Positions 9,789-18,761 of a stretch of 64,000 bases of DNA are shown here, one piece after another. Numbering within the stretch: the stretch's first letter is position 1; each line of letters begins with the position of its first letter. The position numbers and the translations under genes are program-made. The notes under the pieces are model-generated. The model searched no databases. It saw nothing but the letters and a program-made list of their open reading frames with translations, and was not told the DNA's origin. Source of the stretch: Patescibacteria group bacterium (GTDB lineage: Bacteria > Patescibacteriota > Minisyncoccia > Phycocordibacterales > PALSA-1337); the NCBI GenBank assembly GCA_018970245.1, contig JAGWWT010000001.1:17548-81547 (forward strand), read 5' to 3'.

Positions 9789-10097
9789 ATGAGCTTCCAA
9801 ACCTATCTTGAAAACCTCCGTGCGAAACCGGAACATATCCGCAAGCGCTATGCTTTCTGGACGTCTTTCGGCGTGACCGCGGTCATCTTCGCTTTTTGGC
9901 TGGGCTCGTTCACGCCCTTAGGAGCCGGAGCTGGCGCACAGAAGAACGCGATCCTGGCGGCGGTCGATCGCGCCGGCACCCCGAGCCAGTCGATGGTCGC
10001 CGCAGTCGGCTCATTCTTCGGCGACATACGCGACATCTTCTTCGGTCCGCGCAAGGTCACCTTCTCGACGATCGAGATCGCGCCGGGGAAGAAATGA
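9789..10097 (+). CDS. Hypothetical membrane protein
   Basis: 102-aa ORF with one TM helix. Confidence 0.35.
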   Translation: MSFQTYLENLRAKPEHIRKRYAFWTSFGVTAVIFAFWLGSFTPLGAGAGAQKNAILAAVDRAGTPSQSMVAAVGSFFGDIRDIFFGPRKVTFSTIEIAPGKK

Positions 10098-10113
10098 TAT
10101 TCGTATTACATTC

Positions 10114-10353
10114 ATGAGAAAGACGCTTTTAAAAGACAAATCATTTCCCGTTCTCCTTGAAAAAGATGAGGATGGCGTATATATCGCAGAGTGCCCAGTT
10201 TTCAGCGGTTGCTATTCTCAAGGAAGATCGATCGATCAGGCATTGAAGAAGATCAGGGATGTCATTAGTCTTTGCCTTGAGGAGAAAGATAATCTTGAAC
10301 GTGCGAAAAACTATTCGCCGGCAGATATCAGGCTTTATACCGTTAGGATCTGA
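10114..10353 (+). CDS. hicB: HicB-family antitoxin (UPF0150)
   Basis: 79 aa. VLLEKDEDGVYIAECPVFSGCYSQGRSIDQALKKI matches the HicB RNase-H-like fold signature. Confidence 0.7.
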   Translation: MRKTLLKDKSFPVLLEKDEDGVYIAECPVFSGCYSQGRSIDQALKKIRDVISLCLEEKDNLERAKNYSPADIRLYTVRI

Positions 10354-10355
10354 AT

Positions 10356-10604
10356 ATGCCGAAGCTTCCAGTCTGACCGCATGGCAAAGTCATTCGTGCG
10401 CTCGAGAAGCTCGGCTATGAAGTCGTCCGCCAAAAGGGAAGCCATATCAGGATGCGGCATCCATATAAGACGCCTGTCACGATTCCGACGCATAATCCGG
10501 TGGCGAAGGGCACATTGAGGAAGATCTTGCGCGATGCTGAGATCTCCGTTCAAGCATTGATAGACTTGGCCAGGAGCGCCGCCGGCGTTCCCGAATCTCA
10601 TTGA
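10356..10604 (+). pseudogene. hicA: HicA mRNA-interferase toxin with an in-frame TGA at codon 7
   Basis: Frame 1 reads MPKLPV*PHGKVIRALEKLGYEVVRQKGSHIRMRHPYKTPVTIPTHNPVAKGTLRKILRDAEISVQAL... This is a textbook HicA (MPKLPVLSGREVI...GSH.R..H...) interrupted by TGA at 10374-10376. There is no frameshift and no alternative in-frame start downstream. Confidence 0.7.
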
Positions 10605-10678
10605 TCGAAACGTCGATCTGGTCCCTCGTGTGGTGTAATTTTTCCAGACAGCCGCTCAACTAAGCCGTTGATCATGTC
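10604..10678 (-). repeat. Copy C of a conserved ~85-nt intergenic element
   Basis: The reverse complement aligns almost base-for-base with 16205-16289 and 38673-38757 (CATTYGCATGAC..AACGGCYTRGTTGAGC..AAAAATTACAMCACACGAGSGACCAGATCGACGTTTCRAT). Confidence 0.8.
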
Positions 10679-10696
10679 ATGCGAATGCGTTTTCGT

Positions 10697-10728
10697 AAAT
10701 AAAAAATCCCGCAACAAAGGGCTGCGGG
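10697..10728 (-). terminator. Rho-independent terminator
   Basis: Minus strand: CCCGCAgccctttgtTGCGGG followed by ATTTTTTATTT. It lies after the 10761..11090 gene and immediately before element copy C. Confidence 0.6.
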
Positions 10729-10760
10729 CTCGGCCAGGTCGAGGAAGGGTTGGGGCAGGT

Positions 10761-11090
10761 TCACAACCAATCATCCAACTTCTCATTGATCCTGTCGTAC
10801 CAGTACCAGCTAGCATGTCTTACGATGTGCACAGACCAGGTGATCACAATTGGTGCAAATAAGACCGTGATGCTGCAGGCGATCCACGCCAATAGGCTCG
10901 ATGCCTGAAGTATATTCAAGAAGACCAGGGCATTCGCCACGGACGCTATGATAACAATGCATGCTGTTAGCATTATCACAGAGAGAGCCGTTATATTGTT
11001 CGCAAACTTTGCGACTGATTCATCGGCACGCTGGCTGATAGACTGGTTGATCTCTTGCAGATAGGCGATCAGGTTCATTGCAATCCTCAT
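10761..11090 (-). CDS. Hypothetical multi-TM membrane protein (low-GC segment)
   Basis: 109-aa ORF with three hydrophobic helices. The local GC is clearly lower than the surroundings. Confidence 0.45.
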   Translation of the reverse strand: MRIAMNLIAYLQEINQSISQRADESVAKFANNITALSVIMLTACIVIIASVANALVFLNILQASSLLAWIACSITVLFAPIVITWSVHIVRHASWYWYDRINEKLDDWL

Positions 11091-11191
11091 TTTTTATGGT
11101 TTTGTTGGTCGTCCGAAGATAATTGTTCTACTTTTACTGACATATGTCAAGTACAATCGAGCGCTGTTTTCTGCTATAATCAGACTAACAA

Positions 11192-13684
11192 ATGGCCAAG
11201 AAGAATGACAAAAACGCGGCCGAGAATGGCCGCGAAACCGATTCAGGATCCAAGCCGGCCGTGTCCGGCGTTATCGCGCGCTCCATCACGACCGAGATGC
11301 GCGAGTCATACCTCGACTACGCCATGTCGGTCATCACCGCCCGCGCGCTTCCGGATGTCCGCGACGGCTTGAAGCCTGTGCATCGCCGCATCCTTTACGC
11401 CATGCATGAGAAAGGCCTGACCGCCTCCTCCAAGTTCCGCAAGTCGGCAGTCGTCGTCGGCGACGTCCTCGGCAATTACCACCCTCACGGCGATGTCGCC
11501 GTCTATGACACGCTGGTCGGCATGGCCCAGCCTTTCAGGATGCGCTACCAGCTCGTCCAGGGCCAGGGCAACTTCGGGAATATCGATGGCGATCCGGCTG
11601 CCGCTATGCGTTACACAGAGGCTCGCATGTCGCGACTGGCGGCAGAGCTCCTGCGCGATATAGACAAGGACACGGTGGATTTTCGGCCCAACTACGACGG
11701 CACGCGCAAGGAGCCGGTCGTCCTTCCGACGGCAGTCCCGAACATGCTCCTCAACGGCACGCTCGGCATCGCCGTAGGCATGGCCACCAACATCGCGCCG
11801 CACAATCTCAACGAGGTAGTCGATGCGGCCGTGCATCTCATCGACGATCGCGAAGCCACTACCGAGGACCTCCTTCAGCACATAAAAGGCCCTGATTTCC
11901 CGACGGGCGCGGTCATATATGGAGAGAAGGATATCCGTCATGCCTATACGACAGGCCGCGGCCCCATCGTAGTCCGTGGCGAAGCGGAGATCATTGAAGA
12001 CAAGAAAGGCGCATACCAGATCGTCATCACTTCGATCCCGTATCGCGTGAACAAGTCCGAGCTGATCATGAAGATCGCCGACCTCGTGCGCGAGAAGACG
12101 GTCGAGGGCATCAAAGCCCTCCGCGACGAGTCCAAGGACGACATCCGCATCGTCATCGACCTCAAGCAGGGCTCATACCCGGAGAAGATCCTCAATCAGC
12201 TCTACAAGCATACCCAGCTCGAGGACGCTTTCCATGTGAACATGGTGGCGCTCGTGGACGGCGTCCCGCATACGCTGTCTTTGAAGTCCATCCTTGAAGA
12301 GTTCGTGAAGCACCGCATCATCGTCATCCGCCGCCGCACGCAGTTCGACCTGAATGCGGCCGAAGCCCGCGAGCATATCCTTCTCGGCCTCAAAAAGGCC
12401 CTCGACCATATAGATGAGATCATCACGCTCATCCGCGCCTCGAAGGACGTCGCCGAGGCCAAGGCCGGGCTCATGAAGAAGTTCAAATTCACTGACATCC
12501 AGGCCCAGGCCATCCTGGACATGAGGCTGCAGAAGCTGGCCGGCCTCGAGCGCAAGAAAGTCCTGGACGAGCTCAAGGAAGTCCAAGCGCTCATCGAAGA
12601 GCTCAAAGGGATCCTCGGATCGGAGAAGAAAGTCCGCGATATCATAAAGAAAGAGCTCGCAGACATAAAGGCCAAGTACGGCGACGACAGGCGCACCAAG
12701 ATCATCAAGCACGGTGTCAAGGATTTCAACCCGGAAGACCTCATCGCCGACGAGGAGTCCGTCCTGGTCCTCACCAAGGGCGGCTATATCAAGCGCACCG
12801 ACCCGTCCGAATACCGCAAGCAGAAGCGCGGCGGCGTAGGGGTCGTCGATCTCGACACCAAGGAAGAGGATTTCATAACGCATCTCGTATTCGCCACGAC
12901 CCACAACGACCTCTTGTTCTTCACGGACAAGGGCAAAGCCTATCAGATCAAGATGTACGACATACCCGAAGGCAAGCGGGCCACTCGCGGCAAGTCCATC
13001 ATGAACTTCCTCTCGCTGTCAGACGGCGAGCGCGTGACGTCCATCTTGCCCATGCCGAAGACCAAGAAGGAGGCCGAGGGATTGTCGCTCATGATGGTGA
13101 CCAAGGATGGCACCGGCAAGAAGACCTCGGCTGCGCATTTCAAGGACGTCCGCCGCTCAGGCCTCATAGCCATCAGCCTAGGAGAAGGCGACGAGCTCAT
13201 ATCGGCTTCGTTCGTGAGCAAGTTCGATGAGATCCTCATCGCCACGCGCGAGGGCCAGTCGATCCGCTTCAAAGGGTCAGACATCCGCGAGATGGGCCGC
13301 AACGCTGCCGGAGTGAGAGCCATCAAGCTCGGCAAAGGCGATGCCGTCATCTCAGCAGACATAGTCACCAAGGAAGCCAAGAATCCTCGCCTCTTCGTGA
13401 TGGGCGCCAACGGCTTCGGCAAGCAGACCGACCTTTCAGAATACAAGACGCAGAACCGCGGCGGCTCAGGGATCCTCACGATGAATGTGACCTCGAAGAC
13501 AGGCCCTGTCATGGCAGCCCGCGTCGTCACCGATGAAGTAGAGGAGATCGTGGCCATGTCCAAGAAGTCCCAGGTCATCCGCGTCGATCTCAAAGAGATA
13601 CCGACTCTCGGCCGCTCGACCCAGGGCGTCCGGGTCATGAAGCTCCGAGAAGGGGATTCTCTCGCTTCGCTCATCTGCATATAA
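11192..13684 (+). CDS. gyrA: DNA gyrase subunit A
   Basis: 830 aa. Carries the [11 protein letters not shown] active-site Tyr motif, the GyrA N-terminal domain and C-terminal beta-pinwheel repeats. Confidence 0.95.
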   Translation: MAKKNDKNAAENGRETDSGSKPAVSGVIARSITTEMRESYLDYAMSVITARALPDVRDGLKPVHRRILYAMHEKGLTASSKFRKSAVVVGDVLGNYHPHGDVAVYDTLVGMAQPFRMRYQLVQGQGNFGNIDGDPAAAMRYTEARMSRLAAELLRDIDKDTVDFRPNYDGTRKEPVVLPTAVPNMLLNGTLGIAVGMATNIAPHNLNEVVDAAVHLIDDREATTEDLLQHIKGPDFPTGAVIYGEKDIRHAYTTGRGPIVVRGEAEIIEDKKGAYQIVITSIPYRVNKSELIMKIADLVREKTVEGIKALRDESKDDIRIVIDLKQGSYPEKILNQLYKHTQLEDAFHVNMVALVDGVPHTLSLKSILEEFVKHRIIVIRRRTQFDLNAAEAREHILLGLKKALDHIDEIITLIRASKDVAEAKAGLMKKFKFTDIQAQAILDMRLQKLAGLERKKVLDELKEVQALIEELKGILGSEKKVRDIIKKELADIKAKYGDDRRTKIIKHGVKDFNPEDLIADEESVLVLTKGGYIKRTDPSEYRKQKRGGVGVVDLDTKEEDFITHLVFATTHNDLLFFTDKGKAYQIKMYDIPEGKRATRGKSIMNFLSLSDGERVTSILPMPKTKKEAEGLSLMMVTKDGTGKKTSAAHFKDVRRSGLIAISLGEGDELISASFVSKFDEILIATREGQSIRFKGSDIREMGRNAAGVRAIKLGKGDAVISADIVTKEAKNPRLFVMGANGFGKQTDLSEYKTQNRGGSGILTMNVTSKTGPVMAARVVTDEVEEIVAMSKKSQVIRVDLKEIPTLGRSTQGVRVMKLREGDSLASLICI

Positions 13685-13710
13685 TCTCTCGTAGCGTTCA
13701 GAGACGGATC

Positions 13711-13742
13711 AAAAAAGCCGCGCATCCGTGAGGGGCGCGGCT
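13711..13742 (-). terminator. Rho-independent terminator (minus strand; possibly bidirectional)
   Basis: AGCCGCGCatccgtgaggGGCGCGGCT is preceded by AAAAAA on the + strand, giving a T-tract on the minus strand. It lies between the convergent gyrA and GH genes. Confidence 0.55.
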
Positions 13743-13789
13743 ATGAAGTGCCGTGGCGCGATGCTACCGGCGCCTTGGCAGGCTCGGGA

Positions 13790-14905
13790 TCAGATCGGAG
13801 GCTTGGCAGACTCTCTCTCGAAATCCCTCGGAGGAAGGCGGCGAAGGCTAGCTTCCCGCAACAATGCCGGCACGTCCAGGTTCTTCTTGGCATATTCAGC
13901 GACGGCTTCCTGGCCGCCCTCGATCAGCAATCGGCCGAGGAGCTTCGGCGAACCGTCTTCATGGCTGTCGCCGAAATGGAACTGCAGGGGATCCTGCCAG
14001 CCTGTATGGATAGAGCGCAATGTAGGGCCGCGCCGGTCTCTGAGAGCGAACCAGTATATGCGCTCTGGAAAGCCGTTCAAGACATGCGCGAGAGCGTCTG
14101 CGTAGATGGCGACCTGGATCTCTTCCAATCTATGTTCAGCGATCGAGCCAGGCGCATGCAAGCCTGTGGTCGGGAAGCTCAGCTCGGTCAGCCAGACTCG
14201 GGTGTTCCTGACTGTGTGCGCGACGGATCTCGCCTGGTCGAATAGGCTGCCTGGAAAATCCTGGTCGCTCCATGTCCCGCGCAGGGAATGGAAGCCGATG
14301 GAATCGAAGTAGCCTGCCGCTCCCTTGCTGACTAGGTTGCTCATGAGGGCCAGGTTCGTCTTGTCTACGCCTGCCATGCCCCCGAGCAGGTTCTTGAGGC
14401 CGAGCCGCCTGGCCATGACGCACCCTCCGGTGAGCATCCTGGCCAATATCGAATGCTCGGGATCGCATGACTGGTCATAATCAGTTCCCATGGCCCATTC
14501 ATTCCAGTGCTCGATGAATTCGATCCTGATGCCAGACATCTTGCAGTACTGAGCGACGTCGTATACGAACATCGCGTACATCACCGTGTCTTTCGGCGGG
14601 CCTGTGCACTTTCCATTCATGGACAAGTCAGCGGGCGTGAAGCACAGGCACGGCAATATATCGAAGCCGTCTTGGGCATATCTCTTCAGATACCATTGGA
14701 TGCAGGCCTTTCCTCCGGGCGAAGACCATTCTGCCCACGACACTCCTAGCCTGATGCGTCTCACGCGCCTGGCTTTGAGGTCGTCTATAGTCTGCATCGT
14801 CGACTCTCGATATCCGGCCAGGTCGGCCGATCCGAGCTCGTTCATACAGCTTTCCGGGATCTTTTCCCAGATCACATAGCCGAGGTTCTCCATATTTTCG
14901 CTCAT
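13790..14905 (-). CDS. Glycoside hydrolase, clan GH-A TIM-barrel (paralog 1)
   Basis: From the internal start MSENMENLGYVIWEKIP (AAGAGAAAG precedes the ATG). HWNEW motif at the expected NEP catalytic-acid position. Clearly paralogous to the upstream gene (GVSWAEWSSPGG...PPKD). Confidence 0.55.
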   Translation of the reverse strand: MSENMENLGYVIWEKIPESCMNELGSADLAGYRESTMQTIDDLKARRVRRIRLGVSWAEWSSPGGKACIQWYLKRYAQDGFDILPCLCFTPADLSMNGKCTGPPKDTVMYAMFVYDVAQYCKMSGIRIEFIEHWNEWAMGTDYDQSCDPEHSILARMLTGGCVMARRLGLKNLLGGMAGVDKTNLALMSNLVSKGAAGYFDSIGFHSLRGTWSDQDFPGSLFDQARSVAHTVRNTRVWLTELSFPTTGLHAPGSIAEHRLEEIQVAIYADALAHVLNGFPERIYWFALRDRRGPTLRSIHTGWQDPLQFHFGDSHEDGSPKLLGRLLIEGGQEAVAEYAKKNLDVPALLREASLRRLPPRDFERESAKPPI

Positions 14906-14951
14906 CTTTCTCTTTTTGATCGTTTTGGTAAGGTGCGGCTTGTCTCGTGCG

Positions 14952-16031
14952 CTACAAGCGGTCCGAACTTGAAGACGGTTCCGCGGCCAGATCCTTCCAA
15001 TGATAGAAAAGTGGCTTGCGCCGGCCATCGAGCGTTTCCAGGCCGAAATGATAGGCCGCTTCCTGTCGGCCGCCATTCATGTTCAGCTCGTCGTCTGTCA
15101 TGTTCTCCGGGGGTTGGTCGATCGCCGAGTACCAGATGATCTTATCCGCGCCGGCCTGTCGGCGCGTGTAGTCGAAGAACTTGGTCTGCTCGCGCTCGCC
15201 TCTGCGGCGAGCATCGTCTAGGATCGCTCCGTCATCGACCGTGGCATATCCGGCCTCGGCTATCCAGATCTCGATCCCGCTCTTGGCCAAGCCGGCTTTT
15301 TCCAAGCCGTCGAGATGCGCTCTGGCGGTCATGATCTCGGAAGCCCAGCCGTACCATTTGCGCCGCTGGTTCGTCCAGCTCGGGGAATGGTGGAGGCCGA
15401 CGGCATCCGGCTTGTGCAGCAATCCGTTCGACAGCGATCCGTTCGGCAGCGATCCGTTCGGCAGCGATCCGTTCGGCAGCGATCCGTGCCCTTTCTCCTC
15501 AGATTTTCCGCGGACTGTCGAGCATCGCGCTGCCATCGTCAGCCAAGCAGGATCATATGGAGTGAGCCCACCGAGGACGGCTTTTTTGCCGGCGGCATGC
15601 ACGATGTCGATGGCCGGAATGGCCATCTGGCAGAAGATCGAACCGTCAGGATCGATATCCCAATCCCAGTAAGGCTGCCAATTCGGCTCGTTCCATATCT
15701 GGACCCAGTCGAAGCGGCTTCCGTATCTTTCGATCATCTGGCCAGCGAAGCGGGCATAGGAGAGGATGTCTTTTGGCGGATGAGAAGTCTTGCCGCCTAT
15801 GGCCTGCTCCGGAGGCGTATAGAATAGCGCAGGGATCAGTTTCGGACCGGCTTCTCCGATCCGGTCTACGAAGAAATCGAACCATTCCTGGCCCCCTGGC
15901 CGATCCCAGTCGGCCCAGGAAAATAGGATCCGGAATTCTTTGATCTGGAGCTCTTCGATTGTGGCTGCTGTGCGTTCTACAGCCTGGCGGTCTTCGAATA
16001 TGAACCATTGGCATAGGGCAGGTAGGCGCAT
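14952..16031 (-). CDS. Glycoside hydrolase, clan GH-A TIM-barrel (paralog 2) with a (GSLPN)4 insert
   Basis: Start at MRLPALCQWF (16031). QIWNEPNWQ carries the clan GH-A NEP acid/base motif; FSWADWDRPGGQ and PPKD are shared with paralog 1. Confidence 0.6.
   Translation of the reverse strand: MRLPALCQWFIFEDRQAVERTAATIEELQIKEFRILFSWADWDRPGGQEWFDFFVDRIGEAGPKLIPALFYTPPEQAIGGKTSHPPKDILSYARFAGQMIERYGSRFDWVQIWNEPNWQPYWDWDIDPDGSIFCQMAIPAIDIVHAAGKKAVLGGLTPYDPAWLTMAARCSTVRGKSEEKGHGSLPNGSLPNGSLPNGSLSNGLLHKPDAVGLHHSPSWTNQRRKWYGWASEIMTARAHLDGLEKAGLAKSGIEIWIAEAGYATVDDGAILDDARRRGEREQTKFFDYTRRQAGADKIIWYSAIDQPPENMTDDELNMNGGRQEAAYHFGLETLDGRRKPLFYHWKDLAAEPSSSSDRL
15417..15491 (-). repeat. In-frame 15-nt tandem repeat (about 4.5 units) inside GH paralog 2
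   Basis: cagcgatccgttcgg x3 exact plus degenerate flanking units, encoding GSLPNGSLPNGSLPNGSLSNG. Confidence 0.85.
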
Positions 16032-16204
16032 ATGATTCCTGACGAGGCACCTGAATTGGGAGTTACTAGAGTTATTAACAGAAATAATTTCCACTATTCT
16101 TCTTCCCCCTATTCTTGTCCCAGGTTCATTTCCCATACTTTTCCAACATTCTGGGGAAAACCGCTATATGTGTGTACATATTACCCTTTTTCATTCACGG
16201 AAAT

Positions 16205-16289
16205 CCATTTGCATGACAAAATCAACGGCTTGGTTGAGCCGTCCCGCAGAAAAATTACAACACACGAGGGACCAGATCGACGTTTCGAT
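16205..16289 (+). repeat. Copy A of the conserved ~85-nt intergenic element
   Basis: ccatttgcatgacaaaatcaacggcttggttgagccgtcccgcagaaaaattacaacacacgagggaccagatcgacgtttcgat, with a T-rich tract just upstream. Confidence 0.8.
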
Positions 16290-16328
16290 GAATCGACGAA
16301 TAGAGACCAGTCATCGCGGGCCGCACGG

Positions 16329-16441
16329 CTTGAAAACTCGGCGTTATAAAACTCGGCGTTATATTCCGCTCCGCTCCATGTAACGCCTTCGCTCGGACTG
16401 TGTGTAAGCTAGCTTCCACAAGTCCTCGCTCGGCGTTATAA
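16329..16441 (+). promoter_or_regulatory. Three direct repeats of CTCGGCGTTATA with a -10 TATAAT (16436-16441) immediately before a leaderless ATG (16449)
   Basis: ctcggcgttataaa / ctcggcgttatatt / ctcggcgttataat. TTCCAC-N17-TATAAT lies 7 nt before the start codon. Confidence 0.4.
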
Positions 16442-16448
16442 TACCTGC

Positions 16449-16964
16449 ATGTTTTCCGATCCAGCGTCGAACCTAGCCAAGCTGGTCCTATCTGAAGGCA
16501 TGAAAGTTGGGGACCTCGGCGCCGGTTCAGGCTTCTATTCGATCGAAGCGGCCAAGCGCGTCGGTTCCAGCGGCCGCGTCTATGCCATCGATGTCCAGAA
16601 AGACCTGCTGGAACGCGTCCGCAAAGCCGGCTTGGAGCAAGGCCTGCACAACATCGAAGTCATCTGGGGCAATGCCGAAAAGATCGGCGGCACGAAGCTC
16701 AAAGAGGCGCTATTGGACCGCGTCGTCCTTTCGAACGTCCTTTTTCAGGTAGCCAAACCCGACGATCTCGCCCTCGAGATAAAGCGCATCCTCAAGCCGG
16801 GCGGCAAGGTTCTCGTGGTAGATTGGAGCGGAGTGACGCCGCTCTCGCCGAAGAAGATATTCCCGGAGGCGCAAACCAGGACGCTTTTCGAGAAGAACGG
16901 CTTCAAACTCGATCAGTCGTTCGGCGCCGGCGAGCACCATTACGGGCTCGTGTTCATCCGATGA
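16449..16964 (+). CDS. Class I SAM-dependent methyltransferase
   Basis: 171 aa with the VGDLGAGSGFYS motif I and the downstream acidic motif II. Confidence 0.7.
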   Translation: MFSDPASNLAKLVLSEGMKVGDLGAGSGFYSIEAAKRVGSSGRVYAIDVQKDLLERVRKAGLEQGLHNIEVIWGNAEKIGGTKLKEALLDRVVLSNVLFQVAKPDDLALEIKRILKPGGKVLVVDWSGVTPLSPKKIFPEAQTRTLFEKNGFKLDQSFGAGEHHYGLVFIR

Positions 16965-17007
16965 TGCGCTCCATTATCCCAAATACCCGAATATCCCGAA
17001 AGATCCC

Positions 17008-18318
17008 ATGACCAAATTCCAGATAATAACCTTAGCCATCTTCGTCGTCTGCATCATCGTAGGCGTGGCGGCATTCGCTCTGTACAAAGGCAGCGGGCCT
17101 TCCACATCTCTGCCGCCGATAACCATTTGGGGCACATTCCCGGCCAGCACCTTCGACCAATACGTGTCGGACATAAACAGCGCCAGCACAAACCAGCTCT
17201 CGATCTCCTACGTCGAGAAGGATCCATCGTCCTTCGCCAACGATTTCGTCAATGCATTGGCCACGGGACAGGGTCCGGACGCGATCCTCATACCAGCCGA
17301 CATGATCCTTCCGGAAGAGAACAAGATCACGCCGGTCCCGTACAGCGCCCTGCCTCAGCGGACATTCATGGACACCTATGTACAGGAAGCCCAGACATAT
17401 CTTACGGCCGATGGCATCCTGGCGGTCCCGTTCACGCTCGATCCTCTGGTCATGTATTGGAACCGCGATATGTTCAATGCCGCTGGTCTGGCCACATATC
17501 CGCGCTATTGGGATGAATTCACAGGCACCGATCTCAATCCCGGCCTTGTCCAGAAGCTCACGGTCAAGGACCAGAATGCGAACATCAGGCAGTCTGCTAT
17601 CGCCATGGGCTCATTCTCGAACATGACCAACGCCAGGGAGGTCCTAGGGTCCCTTCTCATGCAGCTCGGCAACCCGATAACCGCGCCGGGGCAGGGCGGC
17701 GCTCCTGTGAGCGCATTGGGTTCCGATCCCCAGCATCTTTCCATACCCGGATTGCAGTACTTCGCGCAATTCGCCGATCCGGCGAGCACGGCCTATTCCT
17801 GGAATGCCAGCCTGCCGAACGACAAGTCCCAATTCCTGGCCGGCGCTTTGGCCACATATTTCGGCTTCGCTTCGGAGATAGCCGACCTACGCGCCAAGAA
17901 TCCGAACCTGAACTTCGACGTAGCGGCTCTTCCACAGCTCCGTTCGGGCGGCCAGAAGGCCGCTTACGGCAGGATGTATGGGTTCTCGCTGGTGCACACC
18001 TCGGCTAAGCAGAACGAGGCTTTCCAGATCATCTCCATCCTGACTTCTCCGCAGCACATAGCCCAGCTTTCGAAGACCATGTACATCCCGCCGGTCCAGA
18101 CCAGCCTCATCGCCCAGGGCTCATCGGATCCTTACATGACGATATTCGATCAGGAGGCGCTCATAAGCCGGACATGGCTCGATGCCGGACCAGCCGCGTC
18201 TTCGCAGGTATTCAGCTCGATGATAGGCTCTATCGTGAGCGGCCAGAAGCAGCCGGATCAGGCTGTGAGGGACGCCAGCGACCAGTACAATGTCATCTTG
18301 CAACAAGCGCAGCAATGA
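17008..18318 (+). CDS. Membrane-anchored extracellular solute-binding protein (ABC-type, family 1-like)
   Basis: 436 aa with an N-terminal TM anchor, length and composition typical of a sugar-type SBP. No permease or ATPase is nearby. Confidence 0.45.
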   Translation: MTKFQIITLAIFVVCIIVGVAAFALYKGSGPSTSLPPITIWGTFPASTFDQYVSDINSASTNQLSISYVEKDPSSFANDFVNALATGQGPDAILIPADMILPEENKITPVPYSALPQRTFMDTYVQEAQTYLTADGILAVPFTLDPLVMYWNRDMFNAAGLATYPRYWDEFTGTDLNPGLVQKLTVKDQNANIRQSAIAMGSFSNMTNAREVLGSLLMQLGNPITAPGQGGAPVSALGSDPQHLSIPGLQYFAQFADPASTAYSWNASLPNDKSQFLAGALATYFGFASEIADLRAKNPNLNFDVAALPQLRSGGQKAAYGRMYGFSLVHTSAKQNEAFQIISILTSPQHIAQLSKTMYIPPVQTSLIAQGSSDPYMTIFDQEALISRTWLDAGPAASSQVFSSMIGSIVSGQKQPDQAVRDASDQYNVILQQAQQ

Positions 18319-18761
18319 ATAACACCCAGACATTATCAAGCCAGCTTCCTCCTGTCGATGTGAGCAGCTCCGGTTTCAGGCTGACCGTATGCGACGGGCC
18401 GACCCTGCCTCCGGGTCAGAGCTGGGTCACCGCTTACAAGGACAGCTTCCAGGCCACTTACCACCGGCAGTATGTGGCATGCGATTTCAATGGCGCGATG
18501 ATGCAGGTTCAGCACCTCATCGACGTCGCTCTGGTCGCAGGCGTGCTCCTGGCGATCGCCGGCTTCTGCTACGCCGGCTTCCTTTACATCACGCATGGGG
18601 ACAACCCTGGAAAGCGCGACGAGGCCAAGGACATATTCAAAAAGATCTTCGTGGGCTTTATAATAATGCTTGCCGCCTGGTTCGTCGTCTACCAGGTCCT
18701 GGCCTGGCTCACCGGCGCGAATTCCGGGTTCACGTCCCTCTTGGGCAAACCGACACCATGA
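18315..18761 (+). CDS. Small two-TM membrane protein, paralog 1 of 6 (VirB2/TrbC-like topology)
   Basis: 148 aa. Start overlaps the SBP stop (ATGA). C-terminal TM pair with AAWFVVYQVLAWL. Confidence 0.5.
   Translation: MNNTQTLSSQLPPVDVSSSGFRLTVCDGPTLPPGQSWVTAYKDSFQATYHRQYVACDFNGAMMQVQHLIDVALVAGVLLAIAGFCYAGFLYITHGDNPGKRDEAKDIFKKIFVGFIIMLAAWFVVYQVLAWLTGANSGFTSLLGKPTP

Noticed and set aside
10374-10376. UGA recoded as an amino acid (genetic code 25/4) as an explanation for the stop inside hicA
   Set aside because: All long conserved genes in the window (gyrA, valS, smc, lysS, dnaB and others) are full-length with TGA used only as a terminator, and the genome is GC-rich, unlike known UGA-recoding lineages. 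A nonsense mutation or a sequencing error is more parsimonious.
16205-16289. Known self-cleaving ribozyme (hammerhead or twister) or a housekeeping RNA (tmRNA, SRP, RNase P, 6S) as the identity of the 85-nt element
   Set aside because: No CUGAnGA/GAAA hammerhead core, no twister conserved nucleotides, and no resemblance to tmRNA, SRP or RNase P conserved regions. The identity is left open.
16032-16349. 105-aa ORF spanning the GH promoter region and element copy A
   Set aside because: Its ATG is the reverse complement of the GH start codon, and its first 55 residues are low-complexity translation of AT-rich promoter DNA. Only the element-encoded portion is conserved (see findings).
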